Part shown: one piece after another, positions 50,184-61,583 of the stretch
Numbering within the stretch: position 1 is the first letter of the stretch
How the letters are laid out: each line of letters starts with the position of its first letter
From: Zootoca vivipara
Taxonomy: Eukaryota
DNA length: 64,000 bases
Reading direction: 5' to 3'
Assembly (NCBI RefSeq): GCF_963506605.1
Contig: NC_083287.1
Span: 37,448,001-37,512,000, forward strand
Translations under genes and position numbers: made by a program
Notes under the pieces: generated by a model
Told to the model about the DNA's origin: nothing
Seen by the model: only the letters and a program-made list of their open reading frames with translations
Databases searched by the model: none

Positions 50184-50678
50184 ACCTGGGCACTCCTAAT
50201 TGCATTGGCAGTGCTAGGGCTTTACCTCTCCTGCACTTGATGTCCCAGGACATCAGATGAGTGACAGGTGGGCATGGCTGGCCGAAAACAGCCATGCAAG
50301 TCAAATTTGCCAGCCTGGCAGGCCTAATTTTTTCCTGCAGGCTGAAATTTCCCCACTTCATAATAGATAAAATAGATAGACCTCTTCTTCTTACATGACG
50401 AATTCCGTTTTTAAAGGCATCATCACAAATTGTGGCAGGATGACCACATACTTGAACCTGTTAAGATTCTGATCCTTAGTTTGGTTACCCCCAGGAGAGT
50501 AAAAGGTGGGAATGAAACTTCTCAGGGTGACAAAGAGACATGCAGGTTGAATATCCATGTTACACTGGGAATTCCCTCATATGAGCCTGCTTGATGTTTG
50601 GTTTTTCAAGCTGACTTGGGTTGGAGGTGGGTGGGAAAGATGGCTAAGAACTAAAATATTAACAATGCATATTTGAAG

Positions 50679-50755
50679 CCTTTTAGTGGAATCCATCTGA
50701 CTAACACAGAGCCTGGGATGTACCACTGCCTATGCTGCAATGCTGCGCTGTTCAG
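50679..50755 (+). CDS. MSRB2: MSRB2 exon 3 ([26 protein letters not shown]), first Zn CxxC
   Basis: gaag acceptor (weak tract), AG|gtagga donor; 77 bp; PFSG and GxYxCxxC..LFS motifs. Confidence 0.93.
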
Positions 50756-52529
50756 GTAGGAGTCTAATTGCAATATACTTTAGTTTTTTTCAAATTTACA
50801 TGTGTATATCTGTCTGACTCAGGTACATAATGCTTTCCCTTCATGACAAACTAGTGAGGGTACGTTAGGCTGAGAGAGAGCAACTGGGCCAAAGTCACCT
50901 ATTGAACTTCACGGCTGGATTTGAACCTGTGCTGCCCAGCTCTAAGGGTGCATCTACATGCAGCAGTGAGGAGACCATGATTCAGATCAGGGCTGCAACA
51001 CTGGAGGAGGACATTTCCCCACTGCAGAATATTACCAGTTAAAATTCCCCCAACACTGCTATTTGTCCATTCAGGGAGAGAGCCTTTTCAGTCATCTCCC
51101 CACTTACAGAATACTTTTCCCCATGGGGCTCACCTGACACTAGTATTAATACATTTTAGTGCCAGGTTAAAACATTCCTATACTGCCAGGCATTTGACTT
51201 TGTATATTATTAGCGGATTAAGTTTTAGTTCAACATCTGTTGATTGGTTTTTGTGTCAGTGGTGACTAAGCACCTTTTTTTTGGTCTGGTGAGTAGTTTT
51301 ATTATTTATTTTACCGTTTACATTGTTGTATCATTGTCTAATTCTTTTATACGTTTGTACGTTCTTTGTAAGATCCTTGAGATTATTTTTATAGAAAGCT
51401 GATTAAAATTTAGTAAATAATAATAATAATCGTACTGTGATCTATGTAGGATAAGACCCTGGAAACTGTCTCAAACAATGATAGCTAAAGTGGTACTCTC
51501 CAAATGCCTTGGACTCTAATGCCAAACAGTCCCTACCAGCAAAGGCAATAGTCACGGATGATGGAAGTTGTAGTCCACAACATCTGGACAGCCCCAGGTT
51601 GGCTCCTTCTAGTCTGGAACCTTTAACTAGTACAGAACTCTCCCTTTTGACTGCAGGGAGCAGCATAAAGCACAATAGACTGCTATCTCCCATCGGCTCT
51701 GACTGCTTAGGTGTTTGAGCGCCTGGTCTGAGCTGCTGGATATTATTACCTGTTCTCACAACCTGCTGCAAGTAGAAATAAGACCCACATTCAGATTATT
51801 GGAAGGAGTCTCCTCCCTAGCTGTATTGTGTTTACTGCTGAACTGTGGGCAAAAGCAAGAGCTGCCCCTTGAGAAGCATCCTAATCTCTGAGCATGCCAA
51901 GTGTTTCTGCAGGGTATGTAGGTTACTGCTTTCTCCTGTGAAGAATTCACTAAGGATTAGGAATACATGGAACATAAGCCTCAGGTTTTATAGATAGCAA
52001 ATCACAGGATTGAAATGGAACATCAAACCTCAGTCCAGTCATAAAAAGGGCCATACTTCTTAAAATCATCTCAACTACATTTGGGACAACTAAAACGCAG
52101 ATCAAAGTAAATAACATATGTTGAAGGAATGGTGTATTAAGGGCTAATCTAACACACATGTTTGGGGAATGTCCATTCATCCACAAATGCTCTGGTGAAC
52201 TACTTCAAAGAACAAATAGAATTTTGAGCAGCAGCATTTTGGTGGCTACTAACATGTTTCTAGCAGACTAAGCAGCGTACTTATGAATAAAACGCACAGG
52301 GACAGTTGTGGCGGGGAGCTATTTTAATAGAGCAGAAAATTGGCAAGGTTGTTGGGGTTGGGTTTTTTTTTTTTACAGTGAGAAAATGTAGACCTGATGT
52401 AGAAGACACAGTGAACAAGGCAATTTTAAACACCTGTTTGAAAAGCCATAGTCAATGGAGAGAGTACAATTGCACTGGTCCCAATCCAGTGGTAGTTCTC
52501 ATGCAGCAGTGAGCTGTTCCCACTGCTTT

Positions 52530-52695
52530 ACATAAGAAGAGCCTGCTGGATCAGGCCAGTGGCCCATCTAGTCCTGCAACCTGTTCTCATAGCAGCCGAC
52601 ATGCAGAACACCCACAAGCAGGATCTGAGCGCAGCAACACTCTCCCCTTCTGCAGTTTCCAACAACTGGCATTCAGAAACATTACTGCTCCTGAC
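52530..52695 (-). mobile_element. CR1 3' UTR fragment
   Basis: cataagaagagcctgctggatcaggcc terminus; matches the reverse complement of 36083..36288. Confidence 0.75.
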
Positions 52696-53040
52696 TTCCT
52701 TTGCATAAGAAATCTCTGCTCTTGTGCAGAGGCCCTGTTTAACCCTTAAATTGCACACTGAATGATCCCTGCTATTGCACTTTCAGTAGTTCAAAGTGGA
52801 TCTCTGACAGACTTGTGAGCTTCTCTCCCCTGCATTTTACATTGTAAGATGGAAAAACGGCAAGGAGTCCCTCTTGTGGCACTTTCAAAGACTAACACAT
52901 TTACTGTGGCATAGGGTATGGGTTTTTTTGGACCAGGTCCGCCTTTCTTAGAAGATTTGTTTTTATATGCTTTTTACTGTTGTTTTATTGGTTTTAGGTT
53001 CTGCTTTAGTTGTAATGGCATTGTCTGTTTTCATACACTA

Positions 53041-53276
53041 CAGTGGTACCTCGGGACAGGTTAGGAACTTAATTCGTTCTGGAGGTCCGTTCTTAACCTG
53101 AAACTGTTCTTAACCTGAGGTACCACTTTAGCTAATAGGGCCTCCCGCTGCCACCGTACAATTTCTGTTCTCATCCTGAGGCAAAGTTCTTAACCCGAGG
53201 TACTATTTCTGGGTTAGCAGAGTCTGTAACCTGAAGTGTCTGTAACCTGAAGCATCTGTAACCCGAGATACCACTG
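53041..53276. mobile_element. Tigger/mariner-type MITE
   Basis: TA TSD; TIR cagtggtacctcggg / cccgagataccactg; inverted sister at 61359..61583. Confidence 0.9.
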
Positions 53277-54825
53277 TATTTATACATTTTTAAAATAGTA
53301 AGAAGTTTATAAATGTTTTTCAATAACTGAAGATGGAGAAAGAGACACTTTTCACGTGGATGTCTACTTTCTCTGATTTTCTTTCTTTGGTTTTAGAACA
53401 GTGCTGATTTTGCCTGGTTTCTACACCTTCGTCCAGGAGTTTGCAAGTGTGGCTGGACTAGGCATATCAGACATTTTTACAAAGTTCCTACTTAATCAGG
53501 GTACACCAAAAATGTATTTGTCTGATTGAAACAGGATGCAATTTCCCACCTGAATGTTTCTTGATAGATCCGTATTTCTGAAAGTATGAATACAAAAAGT
53601 TTTTATTTTGATAAACCATGGTTGCTAAAAATGTAAACATCTATGTTTAATTGGAAGACATAGACATGTTTTGTTTGTTTCTTTGAACTTTTCATGTGTT
53701 CTGTTCCTTAAAGGTATATGTGGGCAACAGCATGAATATCCTTGTGTAAGTCTTACTGAGCTCAGTGGTGCTTATTCCTATGCAAGTGGGTACAGGATTG
53801 GAGCCTCAGAAACTTTGGACACAGTCCAGTCAAAGCTGCACAGGCTTAAGGCTATAGTGCTAAACTCACTCACTAACAAATACATCCAATAGAAATCTTT
53901 TGTACTTACTTATGAGTTACTATGCTTAGTTCATGCTGTGGTTCACTGGTTTTAATGGAGAAATCAAGCATAGGGTTAAAGTCCTCACTGAAATCAATGG
54001 GCTTCAGAAGTCCTTAGGTTTTGGTTGAATTCCTCTCCCTCCTTCATCTATTTTATTTAAAAAAAAACATGGGCTATAAATAATCCTGGGACTCAACTAG
54101 ACTGGTAAAGAAAAGGTGATTTATATGTGATATAACATTGTACCACCAGATGACGATGTGGAGTCCCGTTTTTCTCTACCTGTTTTCCCTTGTCTAAATT
54201 TACAACGATTTAAACAGAAACACTTCTTTGATGTGTCTAAATCCAGCCCTGATTATTTCCAAACCGAACATCCATCTATTTAAAAGCTAAACTTCATCTT
54301 TTTAGCTTTCAATTGAAGGATATTCACGTGTGATACAAGATTGCCTTTTTAATAATGCAGTTACGGTTGTCAGCATTTTCATCCACCTGCCCACCCCCTT
54401 AATATTCTTAAGAGGGTCTCTTCTCCAGTCTTCAGAGAGTAGCTGGAAGTGGGGAGGCAGAAAAAGGTCCTCCTTTCCTTCCACTCTGCAGTTTTAATCT
54501 GAAATCTTAGGCACAGTACTGGGCCAAGCTCAGAAACTGCTCGCGCTAATGAAATTCCCTGTCACAAAATACGCTTAGAACAATGGGAGTTTTGAACACT
54601 GCTACTGCCGTCTTTGGGGTGGGGAGAAAAGAACAAGATAAAAAGGCTGTGCTACTTTCTTGCTTATAGGTGAGAGATAAATTTAGTGATAGATTCCCTT
54701 CATCTATCACCTATCTATCTATCTATCTATATCATCCTGTGTGTGTGCGCGCGTGCGTGCGAGCGTGCATGTGTGTATGTGCACCCCAAGCCTTCATTAA
54801 TATGCAACTTTGCTGTCCTTTATAG

Positions 54826-54973
54826 CTCAGAAACAAAATATGATTCTGGCACAGGGTGGCCATCCTTTTCAGAAGCATATGGGACGCGTGGCACAGATGA
54901 AAGCAATACTAATATATTGAGACGTCCTGATAATTCACTAGGAACAAGCAGCACGGAAGTCATCTGCAAACAG
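54826..54973 (+). CDS. MSRB2: MSRB2 exon 4 ([19 protein letters not shown]...TEVICKQ)
   Basis: tatag acceptor, CAG|gtacac donor; 148 bp; SGxGWPSF signature. Confidence 0.96.
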
Positions 54974-55144
54974 GTACACCTCCCTTAAAGAAAGCATATA
55001 AAGTTCCTGAAATGCAAGTCTGTTATTCTATATGTGTCACAAAAAGCGAAGTGTAGCCGCATTAATACAACTAAATACACTTTCACGAATCATGAAATTA
55101 GCCCCAGGTAGTGGACCTAATGTATGAACTTCTGGGGCAAATCT

Positions 55145-55511
55145 AAAAAGGTAAAGGACCCCTGACAGATAAGTCCAGTCGCAGATGACTCTGCGGTTGC
55201 GGCACTCATCTCGCTTTACAGGCCAAGGGAGCTGGCATTTATCCACAGACAGCTTTCCGGGTCATGTGGCCAGCATGACTAAGCCGCTTCTGGCGCAATG
55301 GAACACTGAAACCAGAGCAGCGCACGGAAACGCCGTTTACCTTCCCACCAGAGTGGTACCTATTTATCTACGTGCACTTTTTTTTGGCATGCTTTCGAAC
55401 TGCTAGGTGGGCAGGAGCTGGGACCGAGCAACGGGAGCTCGCCCTGTCGCGGGGATTCAAACCGCCAACCTTCTGATTGGCAAGCCCAAGAAACTCAGTG
55501 GTTTAGACCAC
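55145..55511 (-). mobile_element. Sauria SINE, slightly 5'-truncated, MSRB2 intron 4
   Basis: Colinear with the other Sauria copies; lacks the first ~17 nt of the head. Confidence 0.93.
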
Positions 55512-55519
55512 TACAACAC

Positions 55520-56220
55520 AATAAGATAAGATAAGATATCTTTATTGTCATTGTCCCCTTGCAGGAACAACGAAATTACTCGGTTGCTACATCCACTCAG
55601 ATAAAGCATTCCGCATAATCCAAAATTACAAAACCTAATTAAAAACAGTAAATATAATACAAAATAACAACTAAAATAAGATGACTTCAAAGTCCAGACT
55701 TTCCATTTAAGGCCAAAATCACTCTAGAGAAGAAACTGTTCCTGAGACGGCTCGTTCTTGCCTGCATTGTTGTATATCTCCGTCCCGATGGCAGGAGCTC
55801 AAAGAAATGGTGACCAGGGTGCATTGGATCTCTTGATATGTCTAGTGCTTTTCTATGGCACCTGGTGGTGTAGACTTGTTCTAAGGTGGAGAGTGAGCAG
55901 CCAATAATGCTCTCTGCTGTTTTAATAATTCTGCACAGCCCTGCTCTATCCTGAGAAGTACAGCTTCCGTACCACACACATAAACTATACATGAGCACGC
56001 TCTGTATGGCACAGTGATAGAAGGCAAGCAGCAGCTTTTGTGGAAGATGGTTTTTCCTTAAAATTCTCAAAAAATACAGTCTCTGTTGCGCCTTCTTCAC
56101 AAGCCCCCTTGTATGAACACTCCAGGACAGATCCTCCTGTAACTCAATGCCTAGAAATCTAAACGTTGTTACCCTCTCCACACAAATTCCGTCAATCAAA
56201 AGTGGCTGGACCTTGTTCCT
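55520..56220 (-). mobile_element. Rex1/Babar-clade LINE 3' fragment
   Basis: 170-aa open ORF with KKAQQRLYFLR, FY...IQS.L......WYG and LLPSGRRY......T.RLRNSFF motifs; gacaataaa + (CTTAT)n tail. Confidence 0.88.
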
Positions 56221-56370
56221 CTACACAACATTAGTGGTCTCATTGAACTGAGTAGGACTTACTTCTGAGTTGACATGCATAGGATTGTGCCGCACTCTGG
56301 TGCACATTTCCAATGGGAATAAGCCCGATTAAATACAAGAATATTTACCTCTGAGTAAATATGCAAAAGA

Positions 56371-56695
56371 GGGACCCAGGTGGCGCTGTGGTTAAACCAC
56401 TGAGCCTAGGGCTTGCTGATCAGAAGGTCAGCGGTTCGAATCCCTGTGACGGGGTGAGTTTTCGTTGCTTGGTCCCAGCTCCTGCCAACCTAGCAGTTCA
56501 AAAGCACGTCAAAATGCAAGTAGATAAATAGGAACCGCTACAGCGGGAAGGTAAACGGCGTTTCCGTGTGCTGCTCTGGTTTGCCAGAAGCAGCTTTGTC
56601 ATGCTGGCCACATGACCTGGAAGCTATATGCTGGCTCCCTCGGCCAATAATGCAAGATGAGCACGCAACCTAATGGTCAGGGGTCCCTTTACCTT
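56371..56695 (+). mobile_element. Sauria SINE, MSRB2 intron 4
   Basis: gggacccaggtggcgctgtgg head, ACCTTT tail; 12-bp TSD TAAATATGCAAA. Confidence 0.95.
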
Positions 56696-57250
56696 TAAAT
56701 ATGCAAAGGATCAGGCTGCACATGTGAGACAGTTGTATGATGAGTGGATGGGAAAGCTGACCTTACAAAAGTTGAAGGAAAATTTATAGATCTGCCCTTT
56801 GGGTGATTATACTCATAGAATCTGCATCAGAAGTCCCAGTGGATTTCCTGACTGACTTACAAATTTAACAATGGTACTGTATTCTGATTGGAATGAGGGC
56901 ATTTCCCCTCCCCTCCCCCAATATTATCAACTGATTTTAAAGTGGTGTTCTCAGTAAGAATGTTTTTTTTGCACAGAAAACCATCTTATTAGCACTAAGG
57001 TATCTTTTCCACAGAAAGCTTACCCAGGAGAGGCCACACTTTACACCTGGGGCATTTACATGCATGCAAACACAAGCACACTAAAATGAGTGGGCTTTGG
57101 AAGTTGGCTCTAAATACAGAAGGTATTGCTTATATGGCAGTTGCAGACTTAATTGGCCCCTTTGGCTATGAAATCAGACTATTTAATTTATGTAGATACG
57201 CTTTAATTTAAGGAACTGGCACTGCAACTAAGTCTGTTATTCTCTTGCAG

Positions 57251-57358
57251 TGCGATGCCCATCTGGGCCATGTGTTCGACGATGGTCCCGAGCCATCTGG
57301 GCAGAGGTTCTGCATCAACAGTGTTGCATTAACATTTAAACCAAGCTCCAAGCAGTGA
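57251..57358 (+). CDS. MSRB2: MSRB2 exon 5 ([35 protein letters not shown]), catalytic Cys
   Basis: ttgcag acceptor; HLGHVFxDGP and RFCINS motifs; TGA at 57356..57358. Confidence 0.97.
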   Translation, partial: CDAHLGHVFDDGPEPSGQRFCINSVALTFKPSSKQ

Positions 57359-57763
57359 GACTTTCCTCTTTATAACCTGTGCATTTGATACCACTTTGAT
57401 GCTCAGATCTCCTTTGCCGCAGAGGGCCACTTTGAAATTGTATCGGGAGCCAGGTGCCTGTGCCTATTTTGTGTATACATAGTGATGGTAATTAATGAAA
57501 ATGCATGTGGAAGGACGCCAAACCACTGATGTGAGATGTGCTGCTCTTATTCTGTGATGGAATAGACTCATCTAAGGTGGCCAGGCTAGTCTGGAGACCT
57601 GTGTGCACTGCTTATGTGGATGCAGAGCTCTTCTGCATGTAGGCAGTTCCATTAAATCCAGCACAGACAGCATATCTATACATACAAATTTAATTTACAT
57701 GCTGCATTTTTTATTTAAAAAATAGTTGATTTCCTAGTTGTTAATAAGTGAAGCAATCAATTA

Positions 57764-57998
57764 CAGTGGAACCTCGGTTCTTGAACCTCTCCGTTCCTGA
57801 ATGTTTCAGCTCCCAAACGTCAAAATCCCAGAATGTTCCAGTTTTTGAACATTCCTTGGAACCTGAACATCTGATATGGCTTCCGATCTGCAAAAAGCTA
57901 GCTGTCAGCCAACTGGAAGCCACACCTCAGAATTCGAACGTTTCAGAAAGCGAGCGTCCTTCCAGAATGGATTACATTCAATTTCCGAGGTTCCACTG
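57764..57998. mobile_element. Tigger-like MITE downstream of the MSRB2 stop codon
   Basis: TA TSD; TIR cagtggaacctcgg / ccgaggttccactg. Confidence 0.88.
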
Positions 57999-58929
57999 TA
58001 CATGCAGATCACATGCACCAATTTATAAAAAGGAAATACAGGAGCCTTGTACGTGCCTCTTGAGTATAATGTAAATTAAATTATAAAATAATTTTAAAAT
58101 GAGTGCTCATTGTTGGAGAGAAAGGCCACATTTTGTGTTACATTGGCGCAACCGACTCACTATGCCATTTCCAAGACAAGGATTTGCTAAAGAGGACTCC
58201 CAAGACATCTGAAGGAGTGAGTTTGCTCTCTATTTCATGTTGGTGCAAACTCCATTTATTTCTAGAGCTGCGTTTTCCAAAAACAATTATTTTAGTAGTT
58301 TACTATGAGGCTTTCCTGTTTACAGCACAAACCAAAAGCCACAAGTAGATTTTTAAGACCCAGATGGGAAAGCATAAGTAGCACTATGTCGTCTGCATAT
58401 ATCAGACAACACACCTTCCTGATTCTAATTGCTGGAGTGAGGAACTACATCATTAATGTGAAAATTAAAAAGCGTAGGGGCCAAAATCATGAGATGAATT
58501 TAGAAAGCATGATATTTGAAACCAACGAAGCTGTGGCACTATTAGCACCTGCCTTCTGACGACTTCACCTTAGGAAAATTCAAATTAAAGGCTACAAGCC
58601 ACTTCTCCCGCTGTTTCGTTGTTCTGCCGAATGCTGGGGACTTTCTGAAAAATATAAATGTAAATGTTGATATAAAACAGCAGTTCCCCATCTGGCATAT
58701 TCTGCTGCTGCACCTTTTGTTTGTAGATCTCTGGTAATTTTGGGAGCAGTTTTTATTTCCTACTAGTCTGCATTTTAGATTTTATTAATGGGGGTTGGGA
58801 TGCATTGCAATTCATAAAATAGTGTGTGATCATTACTTTTTTTTATTTATAAAATTATTCCCTTCTCCCTCAAAAGAAATAATGCAAAACATGAAAGGAG
58901 TGTTTACTGCTTCCTGTTGTAAATGCTGG

Positions 58930-58935
58930 AATAAA
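58930..58935 (+). terminator. Candidate distal MSRB2 polyadenylation signal
   Basis: AATAAA followed by TG/T-rich sequence; ATTAAA variants also at 57651 and 58075. Confidence 0.45.
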
Positions 58936-59354
58936 ATGTTTTGTTCACGATGGTTTTAATTCATTGTTGATGCGAGTCACTTATTAAAAGACAACATAAG
59001 GAGGATCAGATGTGGTGCAGTGTGTAGGCAAGTGAGTCAACATAACCACCACCACCCCTACTTCCCTGTCTTTTCTTCAAGCACCAGGATTTTGCTTCCT
59101 GGAGGGCAGCACCAATAGAATATACGGCAATGGAATTTTGCAGAATTTGGGCCTTCAGCTTAATCTTAGGAGGTGCTGCTCTCATAAGATCCTGACATTG
59201 GCATGGAAGAGCTCATTTGCGCTTAGGCTTGAATCTTTGGTTGCCATGAGCCTCTTGAGGCGATGCAGCTTTAGAAACAGCACCAGTCTCAGGATTTTGT
59301 AGGTTGCTGGGGAATAAATAAGACATGACATCAAAAGGAATACTGCAGAGCTGA

Positions 59355-59852
59355 ATGAGGTTCTGAAAAGGGAAATCAAAATGATTTAAGGGGTTGGAAC
59401 AAGGCCTTATGGGAAAGGTTACTACGTTTCAAGCTTTTTAATTTAGAAAAATGGGTAAGTAAGGAAAGATGCGATAGCAGTGTATAGAATTGTGCATAGA
59501 TAAAGTGGCTAGGAAGAAGCTTTTCTCATGAGTACCAGAACTCCAGACCATCCAAGGAAGCTGGAAGCTGGAAGATTAGGACAGACAAAAGAATGTATTT
59601 CTTCACACATTGCATTGTTTAAACCAAGGGATTTGCTGCCACAAAAGGTAGTGAGGGCCACTAACTTGGATGGCTTTAAAAGAGGATAAGACAAATTCAT
59701 GGTCAGCCAGCGGCCTGTTGGGAACCCACAGGCAGAACCTGGTGCTGTAGCTCTCTCCCCACTTGTTCCCAGCGCTGGTGTTTAGAGGCTTACTGTCTAT
59801 GAATGTAGAGGAGGTAAAACAAAGCCATTGTGGCTGCAAGCTGTTGATAAGC
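59355..59852 (+). mobile_element. CR1 3' fragment whose last ~150 bp are inverted
   Basis: CR1-like 3' body on + strand up to ttcatgg (59702); 59700..59852 matches the reverse complement of the CR1 UTR at 36083..36255. Confidence 0.7.
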
Positions 59853-60339
59853 TGCATCAGCCTATTTTTTTGGAGAGAGAGAATCTTTCTCTCACACCCA
59901 CCCACACCTACACCCCACTTTGTGTAACATCCTTGATGAAAAGTTCTGGAGAAGCTGAAAACTTGTCACACTATTTATTTATTACATTTATATGCCGCCT
60001 TTGTCTTCCAATAATCTCAAGGTAGTATACATGGTTCTCCTTGCTATTTCATCCTCCCAACAACCCTGTGAAGTTCGGTTGGGCTGGTCCAACACTAACC
60101 ATTACACCACACTGGCTCTCAGTGTGACAATTTGGTTGGCGCCAGCTGTGGATTTTGGAAACCAGAATTTGTCAAGTCTGCATCACTGGTTGTTTTATTC
60201 CTTGGCCCACTGGGATGCCGACATGCCAATGTGAACCAAGATTAGACCACCAAAACTTACAATTTCTGCCCTGAATAATATATCTCTTTTCCTGCTGGAA
60301 GCCACCTGCGTTTGTACCACCTCTTGTAAATGTCACTAA

Positions 60340-60520
60340 GGCTTTGTACACACTGTACCTTTGTAGCACATTCAAAGCACATGCTTTTCCCTCAAAGAAT
60401 TCTGGGCACTGTAGTTCACCCCTCAGAGTTACATTTCCCAGCAAACCTTAACAAACTGCAGCGCCCAGAATTCCTTGAGAGCAGAAATGTGCTTCTGATG
60501 TGCTTTAAAGGTATATAGCC
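60340..60520. mobile_element. Old palindromic MITE
   Basis: Inverted arms agcacattcaaagcacat...agaattctgggc / gcccagaattc...atgtgcttctgatgtgct. Confidence 0.6.
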
Positions 60521-61358
60521 TCAGTTACCCACCTTTAAAATGGTAATAATATTGACTCTCCCCACAGCAGGGCTGAAGCACTCAGCAATTAAAAGTGCTA
60601 TAGAAAATATTAATAATAATTCAAAAGGTGACTCAAAGAACCCCAGACACCATAGGGACCTGAGCGCAAAGTTGGCACAAGTTCCATCCTGTTTCCCTTC
60701 CCTCAGATAAGACCCTAATAGTACCTCCTGCACTTGAAGCATTCTCTCCCCCCCCCTTGTTCCTTTGCCAACCTCTGCAAACAATTGGACTTCAGGGGTG
60801 CAGATTAAAGCTGCGTAGCAGGTGGCAATCTAATTGCTATCAACCTTGTATCTGCATTTATTTTGTCATCTGAACTCGCCTGCAGCTGGCTCTCAACCCT
60901 GATTATTTTTTGAGCAATTAGTTTACAGGTTCAAAGAAGGTATAGGCTTCAGATCCTCAATTTGCATGAAACATACAGTACAGAACCAAAGGCGGCAGAG
61001 GCCTATGTGATTTGGGAGGTGGCAGCAAAGAGGAGGGCTTTGTACAGGTGCCATGTTCTGAATTAGGTGAAATATTTACCCAGGTTTCAAAGTAAGTGCC
61101 CTTTTCAGTCTATTCACAGGGAAGCTTTCATTGTACAATTTTGTATATATTGCCTGGTCTGGCCAACTGGTACCGGCTTGATACCAGCAGCTGAAAGAGG
61201 GATTATGCCAGCAAAAGGTGGCATAGCCTCCATTGGGTTTGGGATGGTGCCAGCCAACAAGCAACTGCAAAGGCAGCACCACAAGTGGAACACATCCTTA
61301 TTTTCATCCACTGGAATAATGAAAGCTATTTCAAAAGCCCATGAAACAGCATTAATTA

Positions 61359-61583
61359 CAGTGGTACTTCAGGTTACAGACACTTCAGGTTACAGACGCT
61401 TCAGGGTACAGACTCCTGTAACCCAGAAATAGTACCTCAGGTTATTGCTTCAGGATGAGAACAGAAATCATGTGGCGGCAGCAGGAGGCCCCATTAGCTA
61501 AAGTGGTATCTCAGGTTAAGAACCGTTTCAGGTTAAGAACGGACCTCCAGAATGAATTAAGTTCTTAACCCAAGGTACCACTG
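61359..61583. mobile_element. Tigger/mariner-type MITE
   Basis: TA TSD; TIR cagtggtact / ggtaccactg; reverse complement of 53041..53276. Confidence 0.9.

Noticed and set aside
49280-50361. Cluster of Ala/Arg/Pro-rich ORFs as a nested gene
   Set aside because: GC-rich repeat sequence with no recognisable domain
55687-56199. ALKBH8-like host gene (such ORFs are often labelled so)
   Set aside because: Motifs, 5' truncation and microsatellite tail identify a Rex1/Babar LINE C-terminus
56371-56450. tRNA genes at SINE heads (also near 40323 and 47770)
   Set aside because: A/B boxes are present but continue into SINE bodies and tails; no complete cloverleaf
57251-57700. Selenoprotein (MSRB1-like) with SECIS, or a peroxisomal PTS1
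   Set aside because: The catalytic codon is TGC (Cys) and the TGA is terminal; the C-terminus SKQ is not a canonical SKL-type signal
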